A DNA stretch of 64,000 nucleotides, taken from contig JAQBRH010000002.1 in the NCBI GenBank assembly GCA_028286565.1, forward strand, positions 17,876-81,875, written 5' to 3'. The translations under genes were made by a program, and so were the position numbers. This document shows, in pieces, positions 1 through 9,406 of this stretch (positions are counted from its first letter, which is position 1; each line of letters opens with the position of its first letter). The notes beneath the pieces are model-generated. The model saw only the letters and a list, made by a program, of their open reading frames with translations. It was not told the DNA's origin and searched no databases. The stretch comes from Parcubacteria group bacterium. GTDB lineage: Bacteria > Patescibacteriota > Minisyncoccia > Phycocordibacterales > Zambryskibacteraceae.

Positions 1-2
1 CA

Positions 3-1529
3 GCGGCTTGCAAGCCGGGTAAGATCACGGTGAACAACTTCAACGATGCGGAAGCAAACGGCGGTACGGGGAACCCCGGCGCCAAGGCATGTGCGGTCGG
101 ACAGGTTCAGAAGGTGGCCATCACCCCTGACAGCGTTCCGAACGCGCAGGTCGGCGGGACACAGCAGTTCTCGGCATCGGTGGATTGTGGAGAGAACATC
201 TTCACCTGGTCCACCACGGTTCCGACTGTGATCAACGTCAGTCAGACCGGTTCGGCGCGATTCATCGCCCTCGGATCGGGAGATGTGTGCGCGACGAGTG
301 CGGCCGGTACCAAGGCATGCGCAAAGGTTCGAGTGACCGGCCCAACCGGTCCCGCGGGCCCGACGATCTCCGGCATCACGCTTTCCCCGACGCAGCTCAA
401 TCTGCTTTTGGGAGGGACGAACTGCAGCGGCTCATTGCCGCAGCAGATCACCGTCGTGTTCGCTCCGGCAGATCTGCCGCAGTCGGATCGCGGTCTCACG
501 TGGGCGACGTCGAATGCGAATGTCGCAAACGTGTCGAACACTGGTCTTGTCAGCGTGGTAGGAGTCGGGACGGCGGTCATCACCGCCACCTCGACCTCGA
601 ACACAGCGGTCAAGAACACCTCGAACGTGATCGTCAGTGCCTGCACTCCAGGAAGCTTCTCGATCACTCCGCACGGACCGTTCACATTCAATTCAAACCC
701 CAACTGCCTGTCGCCGGCTATCCAACTCTCCGCTCTTGCGGCGAATGGAAGCCCGGTCCAGGTAACGTGGTCGAGTTCGAACTCGGCAGCCGCTACGGTG
801 AACGCCTCAGGGCTTGTCTCGGTCGTCCCCAGCGCCTCCGGCAATGGAACGATCACAGCTACTCCCCAGGCAGGTGTGCCCGGATCCGAGACCTTCGTGG
901 TCGCGAACGTGGCATGCCAAGGCGGTTCGCCGTCGATAACTTCAGTAGTAGTCACTCCGTCCACTTTCCAGTTGATTCTGGGAGGCGGAGGAGTAGCACT
1001 GAATGCAGTAGTTACTGCTGTCGGCGGGGCATCAACCGCGGTAACGTGGTCGGTGAACAAACAGTCGTGTGTTCGTCTGAGCAGCACGAGCGGCGCTACG
1101 ATCACAGTTACACCCCTCAGTCTGTGCACGGGGGTGATCGTCACCGCCACATCTGACTTCGATACGAACAAGTCGGGTTCATCGACGGGTTCGGTGGGAA
1201 GCGGGACGATCAGCTGCAGCTTCCAGTCCAATGTCGGGCAGCAAACCGACAATGTGACCATCAAGCTCTCAGTTGGACAGCAGGCAGTGCTCACAGGCGC
1301 CTGTACGAATCAGTACGGCACGGGGTTCATCCCGTTCTGGTACACGGACAAGCCGACGATCATCAACGTGATCGGAGCAACAACGGCCATCGTCATCAAC
1401 AACCAGACGTACTTCGCAGGCCCGCAGGCCACCATCAAGGGGATTGCGGCCGGCCAAGCGCAGGTGTTCATGCAAGCAAACGTGGCGGATCAAACACTGC
1501 TCTTCAAGCAGACCGTCATCATTCAGTAA
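3..1529 (+). CDS. Surface protein with tandem bacterial Ig-like (Big_2-type) repeats; 5' end runs off the window (no in-frame stop upstream, apparent GTG at 30 is an ORF-finder artefact)
   Basis: Repeated ~80-aa units with NVSNTGLVSVVG.GTAVITATS / SGLVSVVPSASGNGTITAT motifs typical of Big_2 domains; followed by a 10-bp stem hairpin plus T-run at 1544-1576. Confidence 0.7.
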   Translation, partial: AACKPGKITVNNFNDAEANGGTGNPGAKACAVGQVQKVAITPDSVPNAQVGGTQQFSASVDCGENIFTWSTTVPTVINVSQTGSARFIALGSGDVCATSAAGTKACAKVRVTGPTGPAGPTISGITLSPTQLNLLLGGTNCSGSLPQQITVVFAPADLPQSDRGLTWATSNANVANVSNTGLVSVVGVGTAVITATSTSNTAVKNTSNVIVSACTPGSFSITPHGPFTFNSNPNCLSPAIQLSALAANGSPVQVTWSSSNSAAATVNASGLVSVVPSASGNGTITATPQAGVPGSETFVVANVACQGGSPSITSVVVTPSTFQLILGGGGVALNAVVTAVGGASTAVTWSVNKQSCVRLSSTSGATITVTPLSLCTGVIVTATSDFDTNKSGSSTGSVGSGTISCSFQSNVGQQTDNVTIKLSVGQQAVLTGACTNQYGTGFIPFWYTDKPTIINVIGATTAIVINNQTYFAGPQATIKGIAAGQAQVFMQANVADQTLLFKQTVIIQ

Positions 1530-1543
1530 GCCTCTTACGAGGC

Positions 1544-1576
1544 GGGCTCATTCTCAGGAATGAGCCCTTTTTCTTT
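1544..1576 (+). terminator. Rho-independent terminator (GGGCTCATTC-TCAG-GAATGAGCCC then TTTTTCTTT)
   Basis: Perfect 10-bp inverted repeat followed by T-run directly after the stop of the Ig-repeat gene. Confidence 0.8.
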
Positions 1577-1632
1577 ACCCTGAGCTTGTCGAAGGGTTTA
1601 CCCTATGTCGGGCTTGAAGGTATACTTACAAA

Positions 1633-2676
1633 ATGAAAAAAGAGAAACCGGCTTCCCAAGTCCTCTACAGGAAATACCGCCCCCAGACCTTTAAGGATGT
1701 CATCGGCGAAGACCATGTGGTCAAAGTGCTTGAGAAGGCGATCTCTCTCGGCAATGTCTCGCATGCCTATCTTTTCTCCGGGTCGAGAGGTACGGGCAAG
1801 ACTTCCGTGGCGCGCATTCTCGCTCGCGAGCTCGGGACGTCGGCAAACGATTTGTATGAGATAGATGCGGCCACCCACACAGGTGTCGACGATATCCGAG
1901 AATTGAACGAAGGGGTGAGCACGCTCCCGTTCGATTCGAAATACAAGGTCTACATCATCGACGAGGTGCACATGCTTTCAAAGTCCGCCTTCAATGCGTT
2001 CTTGAAGACCCTTGAAGAGCCTCCGGCACACGTCATCTTTATCCTGGCCACGACCGAGATCGAGAAGGTCCCGGAGACCATCCGCTCAAGATGCCAGATC
2101 TTCGTCTTCAGATCTCCGAACCAATCGGTCTTAAAAGAATTCGCCGGAGTGATCGCGGGCAAAGAAGGATTCAAACTGGACGCTGATGCAGCAGAGCTCG
2201 TAGCCATCCTCGGAGACGGGTCATTTAGAGATACGCACGGGATACTCGAGAAGGTCATCTCCTCTTCGGCGGATAAAAAGATCACCCGAAGCGAAGTCGA
2301 AGCGGTCACCGGCGCTCCCCGGGCCGAACTCGTCCGAGACATCCTCGAAGCGGTCGTCCTCCAAGATCTCCATAAAGGATTATCCGCGGTGGGGAAGGCG
2401 AGCGCCGGGAATGCGGATATGAAATTATTCTCCAAGCTCATCCTCGAGCGCCTTCGTTTCCTTTTTCTCCTCCGCTTGAAAGCCGGGATGGATACGTATA
2501 TTTCCGAACAGATCTCCGAAGACGACCTTCATTTCCTTACAGACCTTGCGGCTAAAGCCGGAGCATCCCTCACTTCCGAAACTCTCATCACCTTCATCAC
2601 CGCTTCCGAATCTTCGGGCCGAACCTCGATCCCCGAACTTGCGCTTGAACTCGCTCTCGCGGATTCGATTAAATAA
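1633..2676 (+). CDS. dnaX: DNA polymerase III subunit gamma/tau (short form, 347 aa)
   Basis: AAA+ clamp-loader motifs: HAYLFSGSRGTGKTS (Walker A), YIIDEVHMLS (Walker B), AFLKTLEEPP, SRCQ sensor. Confidence 0.9.
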   Translation: MKKEKPASQVLYRKYRPQTFKDVIGEDHVVKVLEKAISLGNVSHAYLFSGSRGTGKTSVARILARELGTSANDLYEIDAATHTGVDDIRELNEGVSTLPFDSKYKVYIIDEVHMLSKSAFNAFLKTLEEPPAHVIFILATTEIEKVPETIRSRCQIFVFRSPNQSVLKEFAGVIAGKEGFKLDADAAELVAILGDGSFRDTHGILEKVISSSADKKITRSEVEAVTGAPRAELVRDILEAVVLQDLHKGLSAVGKASAGNADMKLFSKLILERLRFLFLLRLKAGMDTYISEQISEDDLHFLTDLAAKAGASLTSETLITFITASESSGRTSIPELALELALADSIK

Positions 2677-2698
2677 AAAGCTCCGGGAATCCGGAGCT
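2665..2698 (-). terminator. Hairpin AGCTCCGG-GAAT-CCGGAGCT with T-run on the minus strand; terminator for the convergent lipoprotein gene (and possibly dnaX)
   Basis: 8-bp perfect stem; minus-strand sequence after hairpin is TTTTTATTTAAT. Confidence 0.6.
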
Positions 2699-2702
2699 GT
2701 CC

Positions 2703-3923
2703 TTACGGGGCTATGAATGCTTTCTCTTTCGAAGTGTGGGGCTGATCGATGCCGATCTTCGAGGCCGAGATCGTCGGCATGTCCTCCGCCTTTGTGGAGC
2801 GCAGAGCCGAGAGGAGCGAGCCAAGCTTGTATTCGCCGTCGCCCAATATGTCCCAGTGGCCAAAGGTGTTCATGGCCGAGATGGTCATGGAGAGGCCTTC
2901 GGTCAAGGGGTCGAACAACATTGATCCTCTGTAGAGGGTCTTCACCTTGAACTGCGGCATGCTGCGCCACAGGAAGGGGATGGCGAAGTTTTCCCAATTT
3001 TTGCGGTCCCGGCTTACGAACAAGAAGAGATCGCAGTGCCCGCAGTCCGTACCTTTGGGATACGCCGCCGCGAGCATGAGGTAGCCGAACCCTTCGGCCC
3101 GGATCACATCGATGTGCCAGATCACGTAGCCGGGCTGAGCGATAGCGACCGGTCCGACGACCTTCAAAGGAGCTTCGGTCACGGACCTTCCGGGAATCGG
3201 GACCGCTTCGCGGAGGATAACATCCGTACCCGAAGCGACACAGCCTCCTCCGCCGGCCTGCACGTACCACATGCTCCAGAGCGAGCGATCCGGTTCGAGG
3301 ACGCTCGTCTGAGAGACCGCGTTGTGGTTGCGTTCCTGGAAAAGTATTCCTTTGTGGAAGATGTTCACTTCATCCGGCGTGGTCAGAGCCTTGATCGTAT
3401 TGAAGACCGGGTCAACCTCGCGCCAGGTGATGACCGTCTCGCCGAACCCCGGATCATAGATCATGTCCGGATCGGAAGAGTAGCGATTCGGTCCGGGGTG
3501 GGGGACGAGCGGGCTCTCCATGAAGCTCGGAGGGACCCAGCTCTGCGAGAGGAAACACAAGAAGGTCGGATTCTCGAAATTCGCGTTCGATCCTTTGTAC
3601 GGAGTGACGATCATCTTCTTCCCGCAGCCCCGGGGTCCGAGTATCACATCCGGGTGGACGTAGTCATCGTTCCCGAACGGATCGAGAGGCATCTTCGTGA
3701 GGTGGAGAGGGGTGGTCGTGGCCCTTCCTAGCAGTTCAAGATATGAGGCTGCCGGCGATTTGCGAACCAAGGAATCGATGGGCCAGAGGGGAGTCGGCCT
3801 TGGAAGCCGAGGCTTCAGCACGGGTGCTCCCGACCCGAACATCGAAGGGTCTCCTGGGAGGGAGAGCCTTTCCGGGGAACATCCGAGGAAGAGGACCATC
3901 AGGAAGAGGTTGTAGCGCCGCAT
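2703..3923 (-). CDS. Hypothetical lipoprotein (N-terminal MRRYNLFLMVLFLGC lipobox), 406 aa
   Basis: Long ORF, signal peptide with L-x-G-C lipobox; no recognisable catalytic family from sequence alone. Confidence 0.6.
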   Translation of the reverse strand: MRRYNLFLMVLFLGCSPERLSLPGDPSMFGSGAPVLKPRLPRPTPLWPIDSLVRKSPAASYLELLGRATTTPLHLTKMPLDPFGNDDYVHPDVILGPRGCGKKMIVTPYKGSNANFENPTFLCFLSQSWVPPSFMESPLVPHPGPNRYSSDPDMIYDPGFGETVITWREVDPVFNTIKALTTPDEVNIFHKGILFQERNHNAVSQTSVLEPDRSLWSMWYVQAGGGGCVASGTDVILREAVPIPGRSVTEAPLKVVGPVAIAQPGYVIWHIDVIRAEGFGYLMLAAAYPKGTDCGHCDLFLFVSRDRKNWENFAIPFLWRSMPQFKVKTLYRGSMLFDPLTEGLSMTISAMNTFGHWDILGDGEYKLGSLLSALRSTKAEDMPTISASKIGIDQPHTSKEKAFIAP

Positions 3924-4013
3924 AGGACCTCAAAGGTGGGTGTGATGAGCAAGTTCTCTAACTACCTTACTCTTTGGGCCTTGTATGTCAAAAGAAGTCG
4001 CCAATATAAGTAT

Positions 4014-4535
4014 CTACTCAACTATCACCTTTTTGATGTTTGAAAATTGCAGAAGATTCTTCTTGATCAAAGGCTTCATCATAGCTACTGAAAATGATGA
4101 TCCAAGCCAACCATCCATTTGTAGATCTGCATGAGCCACATCTCCTTCTAATCTCACTTTTACTAGGACGTCGGCCTGTCTTGGTGCGAACTCAGCCGCC
4201 TTTGTGGCTGCTTCAGAATACAGATCACTAATTTTATGAGTAATCTTTGTGCTTGTCGCTATCCACACGGTCTCGTTCATGATCTGATCAAGCTGCTGGT
4301 CACTCGTCATCCCTTTGGGAGGAGTGTTATTCCATACATCCAAAACTTTCTTCCTGTATACATCAAAGTCTTTGGGTAAAAAAATCGTAAGCTCATTTAT
4401 ATCTGAGCCGGTTTGCGCAGTAGAAGTTGTTTGACTTGCATTAGCGGGTACATCTTCCTTATTTCTAGTGGTGTAAACACCTACGCCGATCAAAACTATT
4501 AGTACGCAAATTATTAGAAGAATTCTTTTGTGCAT
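4014..4535 (-). CDS. Hypothetical membrane-anchored protein (single N-terminal TM); AT-rich gene
   Basis: N-terminal hydrophobic helix MHKRILLIICVLIVLIGVGVY, about 35% GC unlike neighbours. Confidence 0.55.
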   Translation of the reverse strand: MHKRILLIICVLIVLIGVGVYTTRNKEDVPANASQTTSTAQTGSDINELTIFLPKDFDVYRKKVLDVWNNTPPKGMTSDQQLDQIMNETVWIATSTKITHKISDLYSEAATKAAEFAPRQADVLVKVRLEGDVAHADLQMDGWLGSSFSVAMMKPLIKKNLLQFSNIKKVIVE

Positions 4536-4884
4536 ATTGTTGGTTGATAAAATTATAGCATCTATAATGCTGAGAGTCGTAGAAGACGTTAGAACTTGGA
4601 TACTGGAAAATTATGGCACTATGTATATACCAAATCTGCTGATTCATTAGGGGGTACCCTTACCCCCGAGAGGTGGGTACCCGGTAGGTGGAGTAATAGA
4701 TGTTAGGTTGGTTCTCAAAAAGTACCCCTTCCCCAGATTCTGCTCATCGGCAACCAATCTGAAATCTGGTATGAAATTTTTTGAATTCTTGGACTAAGGA
4801 ATGTGCACTTCCCATTTAGCTAAAAGTATGGTTATATTGAAAATAGAGTCCGGGCTAGCAATCTCACCTCTTCAGGGAAGACTA

Positions 4885-5472
4885 ATGAAAACGCCCAAGT
4901 TCCTTACATACCAGAGCCGGATCTACCTCGGCCTTATGATCGCAATTGCAGCAGCTGTGCAGATCTTCAGCCTCATGCTTGTGGGCGTGGACAACAAGGC
5001 CCTTCCTCCGATCACGCTCCACAGCCTTCACCTGGCAGGATTACTGATCTCATGCGGAGTCTTCCTGTTTCTCACATGGGCGGCCGTGTACTTCCTGTTC
5101 GTCGCAGTTCATCCAATCGACCTGATGAACGCCACCGACGACGCTGAGAAGGACGTGGTGGCTAGAAAGATCAGGGGCGGAGATACCGCTATCGTGACCT
5201 ATCACTTTCGTGAGTTGCCACTTCGGGCAAAGGTGCTCGAAGTCATGTGCTGGGTAATGGCCACGCTTTTCGGCTTCATGGGTCTCGCACTCGCTACGGG
5301 TGTCGTGGGATTTGCCTTGCGCGGTCCAGGTACCGGCAGCAAGTGGGGATACATCGGTGCGATGGTCTGCGGGGCCGTTCTCATGATTTCAATGGCTCTC
5401 GCCGGACGAACGAAGCGTGTGCATGCTTTCGAGAAGTCGCGTCTCGACCTGACTCGCGATCTCGGGATCTAG
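4885..5472 (+). CDS. Integral membrane protein (about 5 TM helices), hypothetical; ORF-finder start 4801 probably too far upstream
   Basis: MKTPKFLTYQ start preceded by AGGGAAG; multiple hydrophobic segments. Confidence 0.6.
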   Translation: MKTPKFLTYQSRIYLGLMIAIAAAVQIFSLMLVGVDNKALPPITLHSLHLAGLLISCGVFLFLTWAAVYFLFVAVHPIDLMNATDDAEKDVVARKIRGGDTAIVTYHFRELPLRAKVLEVMCWVMATLFGFMGLALATGVVGFALRGPGTGSKWGYIGAMVCGAVLMISMALAGRTKRVHAFEKSRLDLTRDLGI

Positions 5473-5473
5473 C

Positions 5474-5665
5474 ATGCGAGCCCATACGATCTACGCTCCA
5501 CCTGGAGACGAGAAGACTCTGGAGATAGCCAACTCGCTTCGTAGACAGGGATATATGGTAACTATCCAGCCCAACCCTGGACTTACCGAGCCCTTGTTCA
5601 GAGCTGAGGATGGTCCCATCAGGGGTTATGAGAAGATTCTTCAACACTTCCGTAACCAATCGTAA
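5474..5665 (+). CDS. Small hypothetical protein (63 aa), translationally coupled to upstream membrane protein
   Basis: Start 2 nt after upstream stop; GC-rich codon usage like host genes. Confidence 0.45.
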   Translation: MRAHTIYAPPGDEKTLEIANSLRRQGYMVTIQPNPGLTEPLFRAEDGPIRGYEKILQHFRNQS

Positions 5666-5689
5666 CGGCGTGCCTTCTAGGTGCGCTGT

Positions 5690-5744
5690 TTTTTTATTTA
5701 CTAATTTTGCGAGCTGGCCAGATGGTACGAAGTTGGAACCTATT
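5690..5744 (-). repeat. Copy 1 (inverted orientation) of conserved intergenic motif AGGTTCCAACTTCGTACCAtCtGGCCAGCT...
   Basis: Core ACGAAGTTGGAACCT at 5727-5741 is the reverse complement of the 15-nt core found at 14074-14088, 14675-14690 and 16077-16091; starts at the TAG stop of the 5740..6339 gene. Confidence 0.8.
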
Positions 5745-6339
5745 TGATAAATTTGAAAGTAGAAAGTATCTTATTTCCTTCTGATTCTTTTCTGTAAATA
5801 TCAACTTCATATATGTCTTCTCTGTGCTGGAAAAAAATTTGCTGAGACCATCCCTTAACAGCTTGGTCATTAGGGGACCCTCTGTATATCTCGTAAATAT
5901 ATGCTGTTTCTCCATCGATAGTATCTTTTCCAATAAATCTTCTTACAACTTTTCCACTATCATCTGTTTTAGAAATGAGATCCAAGAAATCAACAATATT
6001 TTTTGCTGATGCATAGTAACTACCCAATTCCTTTGAGCCCAGAGGATTAATTATAAAACTCATAGTTTGATTTCCGTTTTTTATCCCTATAGACAAAAGA
6101 GATTCGTCACCTGTTGCATCAACTTCTCCTTTAGAAGGGCCGACCGTCGTAATAGTCAAACTTTCTGGATAATTAAGTTTAAAATTGTGTGCAGTGTTTT
6201 TGTATATCTTCCAGTTATCAGTTTCAGTGTTACTCTCAGTTATTGAAGAAACATTTTGTATAGAGTTATTTTTTGAAACAAAATACCAACCACCCAGAAC
6301 TATAGTAATACCCACTATCAAAATTATTTTAATTTTCAT
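5740..6339 (-). CDS. Hypothetical secreted/membrane-anchored protein, AT-rich (alternative start 6378)
   Basis: MKIKIILIVGITIVLGGWYFV signal-anchor; about 33% GC. Confidence 0.55.
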   Translation of the reverse strand: MKIKIILIVGITIVLGGWYFVSKNNSIQNVSSITESNTETDNWKIYKNTAHNFKLNYPESLTITTVGPSKGEVDATGDESLLSIGIKNGNQTMSFIINPLGSKELGSYYASAKNIVDFLDLISKTDDSGKVVRRFIGKDTIDGETAYIYEIYRGSPNDQAVKGWSQQIFFQHREDIYEVDIYRKESEGNKILSTFKFIK

Positions 6340-6523
6340 AAATTTAAATATAGTACAAAAACAGTAATCTACCAACATTGCTGGCCGTCTCGAGCTGGAA
6401 CCGCGGACGGGCTTGCTTTGCTTGGCGGGTTAGTTACGTTTTGCAGTACTCCGATGATGCGTCTCGTGCGCTTCAAAAAGTGACGAAAGTTATTTAGCTC
6501 TTCTTTTTACAATGATCAGATCT

Positions 6524-6880
6524 TTATACCTCAGGCTCTTCATTAATACCCAATTTTGATTGCATTGCCTGTCTAATCCACCATGTGGCATACGTTGAGA
6601 ACTTGTAATCTTTCCCATGGTGTCCATGCTTCACATACATATCTACGGCTTTGTAGAGGCCAAGATTGCCTTCCGCGATCAAGTCCATGATTGATACATT
6701 AGGATCTGTACCCTCATATTTTTGTGCGATCCTAGCTACCAAACGAAGGTTGCCCTCCGCAAGCTTTTTCTTAGATTCATCATCTCCTTTGCGGGCAAGA
6801 GCTTTCTCCTCTTCTGCTTTAATGAGAGGAGACCTTGATATTTCCTCTAGATATTTTGTTAGTTGAGAGTTTTTTGCCAT
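6524..6880 (-). CDS. Truncated sigma-70 family fragment: regions 1.2-2.4 only (118 aa), no region 3/4; pseudogene or sigma-fragment decoy
   Basis: [42 protein letters not shown] are hallmark sigma70 region 2 motifs; ORF stops right after region 2.4 and no downstream region 3/4 ORF exists. Confidence 0.75.
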   Translation of the reverse strand: MAKNSQLTKYLEEISRSPLIKAEEEKALARKGDDESKKKLAEGNLRLVARIAQKYEGTDPNVSIMDLIAEGNLGLYKAVDMYVKHGHHGKDYKFSTYATWWIRQAMQSKLGINEEPEV

Positions 6881-7337
6881 AATTTCTTAGTTTATTGATA
6901 TCCGGAGTTGAGAGCCAAGCAGCCATAGCCCCATATCCTTTCTTATTTATAGTAAACGGTTCAATGGGCTGTGCCTTTCTAAGAAAGATGAGTAGACAGT
7001 ACTTCTTATCTTTAAAAAGATTTGCATAGTGCGGGATATCCTTTTCCTCAATTCCGTCTTGTGTACCATACGCTTTGAGGATTTCTCGTACTTTAATTGG
7101 AGTAAGGCCCTCAAAGGTGAGTACTTTTGAGACTTCGGCGATGACGGTCACAGGCTCTCCACTATTCTTAAAATAAACGCTATCCCAGGCCTTGATCTTT
7201 CCCCACGGCGCGGAACGATTCATATACCAGCGGGATTCGATGGTCTTCTCTCCAGTGAGGACCTGGGGCAACAAACCCCAAGACTTTTTCATGATGGCCA
7301 CATGGTCGGTGTGATTGTTGTCTTTCCTTTTATTCAT
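6819..7337 (-). CDS. ASCH-domain-like protein (putative RNA-binding), 172 aa; 3' end overlaps sigma fragment by 62 nt
   Basis: [22 protein letters not shown] pattern resembles ASCH beta-barrel N-terminus; assignment tentative. Confidence 0.4.
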   Translation of the reverse strand: MNKRKDNNHTDHVAIMKKSWGLLPQVLTGEKTIESRWYMNRSAPWGKIKAWDSVYFKNSGEPVTVIAEVSKVLTFEGLTPIKVREILKAYGTQDGIEEKDIPHYANLFKDKKYCLLIFLRKAQPIEPFTINKKGYGAMAAWLSTPDINKLRNYGKKLSTNKISRGNIKVSSH

Positions 7338-7635
7338 GAGGCAGCTCTTTCACTTTCCTTACAAGCTCGTCCCAACTAGATGTTTTCATTCTCTGTCCAG
7401 GCGGAAGTTCGAGATCACAAGCATGGTCCAAAATGTCACTTACAATATTTTGTCGTTCACCATTAATTGTTAAGGCCTCAAATCCTGTGCCACAGATCTT
7501 ATACGCCGCTTCTTCGGGCGTGAGATCACCAGCTTCCTTTCGAGCGATCGTATTCTCACAGTATTCTCTAAGAGCCGAGAGCTTCTTCTCAGGCGCAGCC
7601 TCATGTACTTTCTGAAATTCAGGATCTTGGGTCAT
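7330..7635 (-). CDS. Hypothetical protein (101 aa), 4-nt overlap (ATGA) with downstream gene
   Basis: ORF in AT-rich operon, coupled stop/start. Confidence 0.45.
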   Translation of the reverse strand: MTQDPEFQKVHEAAPEKKLSALREYCENTIARKEAGDLTPEEAAYKICGTGFEALTINGERQNIVSDILDHACDLELPPGQRMKTSSWDELVRKVKELPHE

Positions 7636-7678
7636 ATTGTGTAATAAGGATGGAATTACCTAGAAAATATTTCTTAAC

Positions 7679-8008
7679 TTAAGTAACAAAGGCACTAAGG
7701 AATTCTCTCAAAAAGAAAACGACGCCTATAAATATCAATGTTCCAATCAAAGACTTTTTTGAATAGTTATCTTCGTGATTTTTTCCATTGATCAGAAGAT
7801 ATGTTAGCTCATCAACAAATAATCCTAAGCCTACTGCATAAGTAACTACTGATCCGATCAGTAACCCCAAAAGAACGAGACCAACGCCGTACATATAATG
7901 ATGAGTCCAAAACTTCCCAACCGTAGGTGCAGGTATAGGTTTAAAGTACAGAAACAAGCGTGTGAAGATAATGGTACCTAGAAATATGAGGAAAAACAGA
8001 TCTGCCAT
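7679..8008 (-). CDS. Small membrane protein (3 TM), hypothetical
   Basis: Hydrophobic segments; AT-rich. Confidence 0.5.
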   Translation of the reverse strand: MADLFFLIFLGTIIFTRLFLYFKPIPAPTVGKFWTHHYMYGVGLVLLGLLIGSVVTYAVGLGLFVDELTYLLINGKNHEDNYSKKSLIGTLIFIGVVFFLREFLSAFVT

Positions 8009-8514
8009 GGGTTAAGTATATATGAATATAACCCTTCTGTTTCAGGAAAGTTTATTTACGTCTAGACACGAAAACACTGCTGAGAATAGCGAGAGTAAGA
8101 ATGATCCCAAGTGCGAACCATAAGGAAATATCTCTCGGATGCCCTATAAGATACCGAATATTAGACAGATATTGAGAAGGTTGCATCAAATCGGCTAGCC
8201 TATTGTTTCTGTATTCATGCTCAGATAGACGTTAACTCAGTATTAATCTTTCTGTACAGACGGTAAGGTCAACACAAGAAAGTTGACCGAGGGCCGTCTC
8301 TTTATCTATGCCTTGGACAGACATAATTGGAAAATAAAAGTCGTTAATGGACCCAATTGCCTCCACAGCCCTCCCGCAGGCCGTGCATTTTTATGTGGTT
8401 GTTGGTATGCATGATATCTATGACGTGAACAGCGGCCATGACTTACAAACTATTTGATATACCTCTACTTCTCCTAAAAAAGCGAGTCATCTAGACTCGT
8501 CCTTAGATGCAACA

Positions 8515-9042
8515 TCATCCTTTCTTAAGAAAAGGCACTGTGATTGAAGCAGCGAGGATAATACCAATACTATTACTTATGAGATCAAGCCACGTATCTT
8601 CGATGGTGGTCGACATTACAAAGCCGAGGTAATGCTGAAGCACAAACTCCAGGATCTCATTCCCCACCCCAAGCGCAGTCACCACAAGTGCCGTAAAAAC
8701 AAAAAATTGGAATTTATTGATTACGACTTTGCTGTCTCTGATCGCCAAGAAACAAACAACTAAAGCTAGAAACCCTCCACAAAGCCCATGCTGAATGCGA
8801 TTTGCAAGAGCTCCATCAAAGCTTTCAACAATGAGGGCACTAAAAAAATTAAGGATGAGGATAGTGACGATCGAGAGGCAAGCACGATGGAAATCTAGCT
8901 TAGGGATTCTCTGTTCAAAAAAGTATGCAACCAGGAAAAGAGAAACTAAATAAAGAATTGGGTAGGCAAAAGAAATACCAAAAAGGAGGGAGATAAGGTG
9001 GGCGGACATAACAGTAGAATACCACATACGAAGTTTGAACAA
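8515..9042 (-). CDS. Integral membrane protein (about 5 TM), hypothetical; hairpin CGAGTC-ATCTA-GACTCG plus T-run downstream on minus strand (8482-8510)
   Basis: Hydrophobicity pattern; terminator-like hairpin after stop. Confidence 0.55.
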   Translation of the reverse strand: MFKLRMWYSTVMSAHLISLLFGISFAYPILYLVSLFLVAYFFEQRIPKLDFHRACLSIVTILILNFFSALIVESFDGALANRIQHGLCGGFLALVVCFLAIRDSKVVINKFQFFVFTALVVTALGVGNEILEFVLQHYLGFVMSTTIEDTWLDLISNSIGIILAASITVPFLKKG

Positions 9043-9044
9043 TT

Positions 9045-9398
9045 TTAAAACTTTCCAGTTAATATAAAAACTAAGCTAATAAGCCCAAAAACAAACGCAA
9101 GCACGACAGTTCCTGAAATAAGATCTTTGCTGCGGCCAATTGCTTCATCGTGCCCAGGATGAAGTTTAGTAAGAGCAATTTCGATAGCCATATTTTGGAT
9201 TTCGGTAACTACAATGAAAAACCAGCAAAATATCAACAGTAGTAACTCTTGAGCTGATAGCGGCCCGAATAAGAAATATACAGCCGGTATTCCGATAATT
9301 CCAAAAACAATCATTTCGAAACGAACAGCGAAGTCCTGAGTGAAAGCATATTTCAAGCCTCGAAAGGGATGAGAAAGTCTATTAATCCAATACTTCAT
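9045..9398 (-). CDS. dgkA: Diacylglycerol kinase / undecaprenol kinase family (DgkA-like) membrane protein
   Basis: 3 TM helices and conserved EIQNMAIEIALTKLHPGHDEAIGRSKDLISGTVVLA resembling prokaryotic DAGK signature. Confidence 0.65.
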   Translation of the reverse strand: MKYWINRLSHPFRGLKYAFTQDFAVRFEMIVFGIIGIPAVYFLFGPLSAQELLLLIFCWFFIVVTEIQNMAIEIALTKLHPGHDEAIGRSKDLISGTVVLAFVFGLISLVFILTGKF

Positions 9399-9406
9399 GA
9401 CATATT

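Noticed and set aside
185-1294. Long ORFs 185..1156 (+, other frame) and 242..1294 (-) overlapping the Ig-repeat surface protein gene
   Set aside because: Arg/His-rich, compositionally odd translations typical of off-frame or antisense ORFs in 60% GC DNA. The frame-3 product has coherent Big_2 repeats and a terminator.
2425-3731. ORFs 2425..3270 (-) and 3036..3731 (+) overlapping dnaX and the lipoprotein gene
   Set aside because: Antisense or off-frame, Arg-rich, with no motifs. The dnaX and lipoprotein frames carry the real signals.
4640-4700. Palindromes GGGGGTA-CCCT-TACCCCC and GGGTACCC between divergent genes 4014..4535 and 4885..5472
   Set aside because: They probably belong to the divergent promoter or leader region. 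Being single-copy, they give no basis for a specific call.
8055-8186. 43-aa minus-strand ORF (MQPSQYLSNIRYLIGHPRDISLWFALGIILTLAILSSVFVSRRK) in the 8.04-8.51 kb AT-rich gap
   Set aside because: It looks like a plausible tiny membrane protein, but there is no RBS and no conservation evidence. The gap also contains the inverted repeat GTCAAC-N8-GTTGAC at 8269-8288. Too weak to call.
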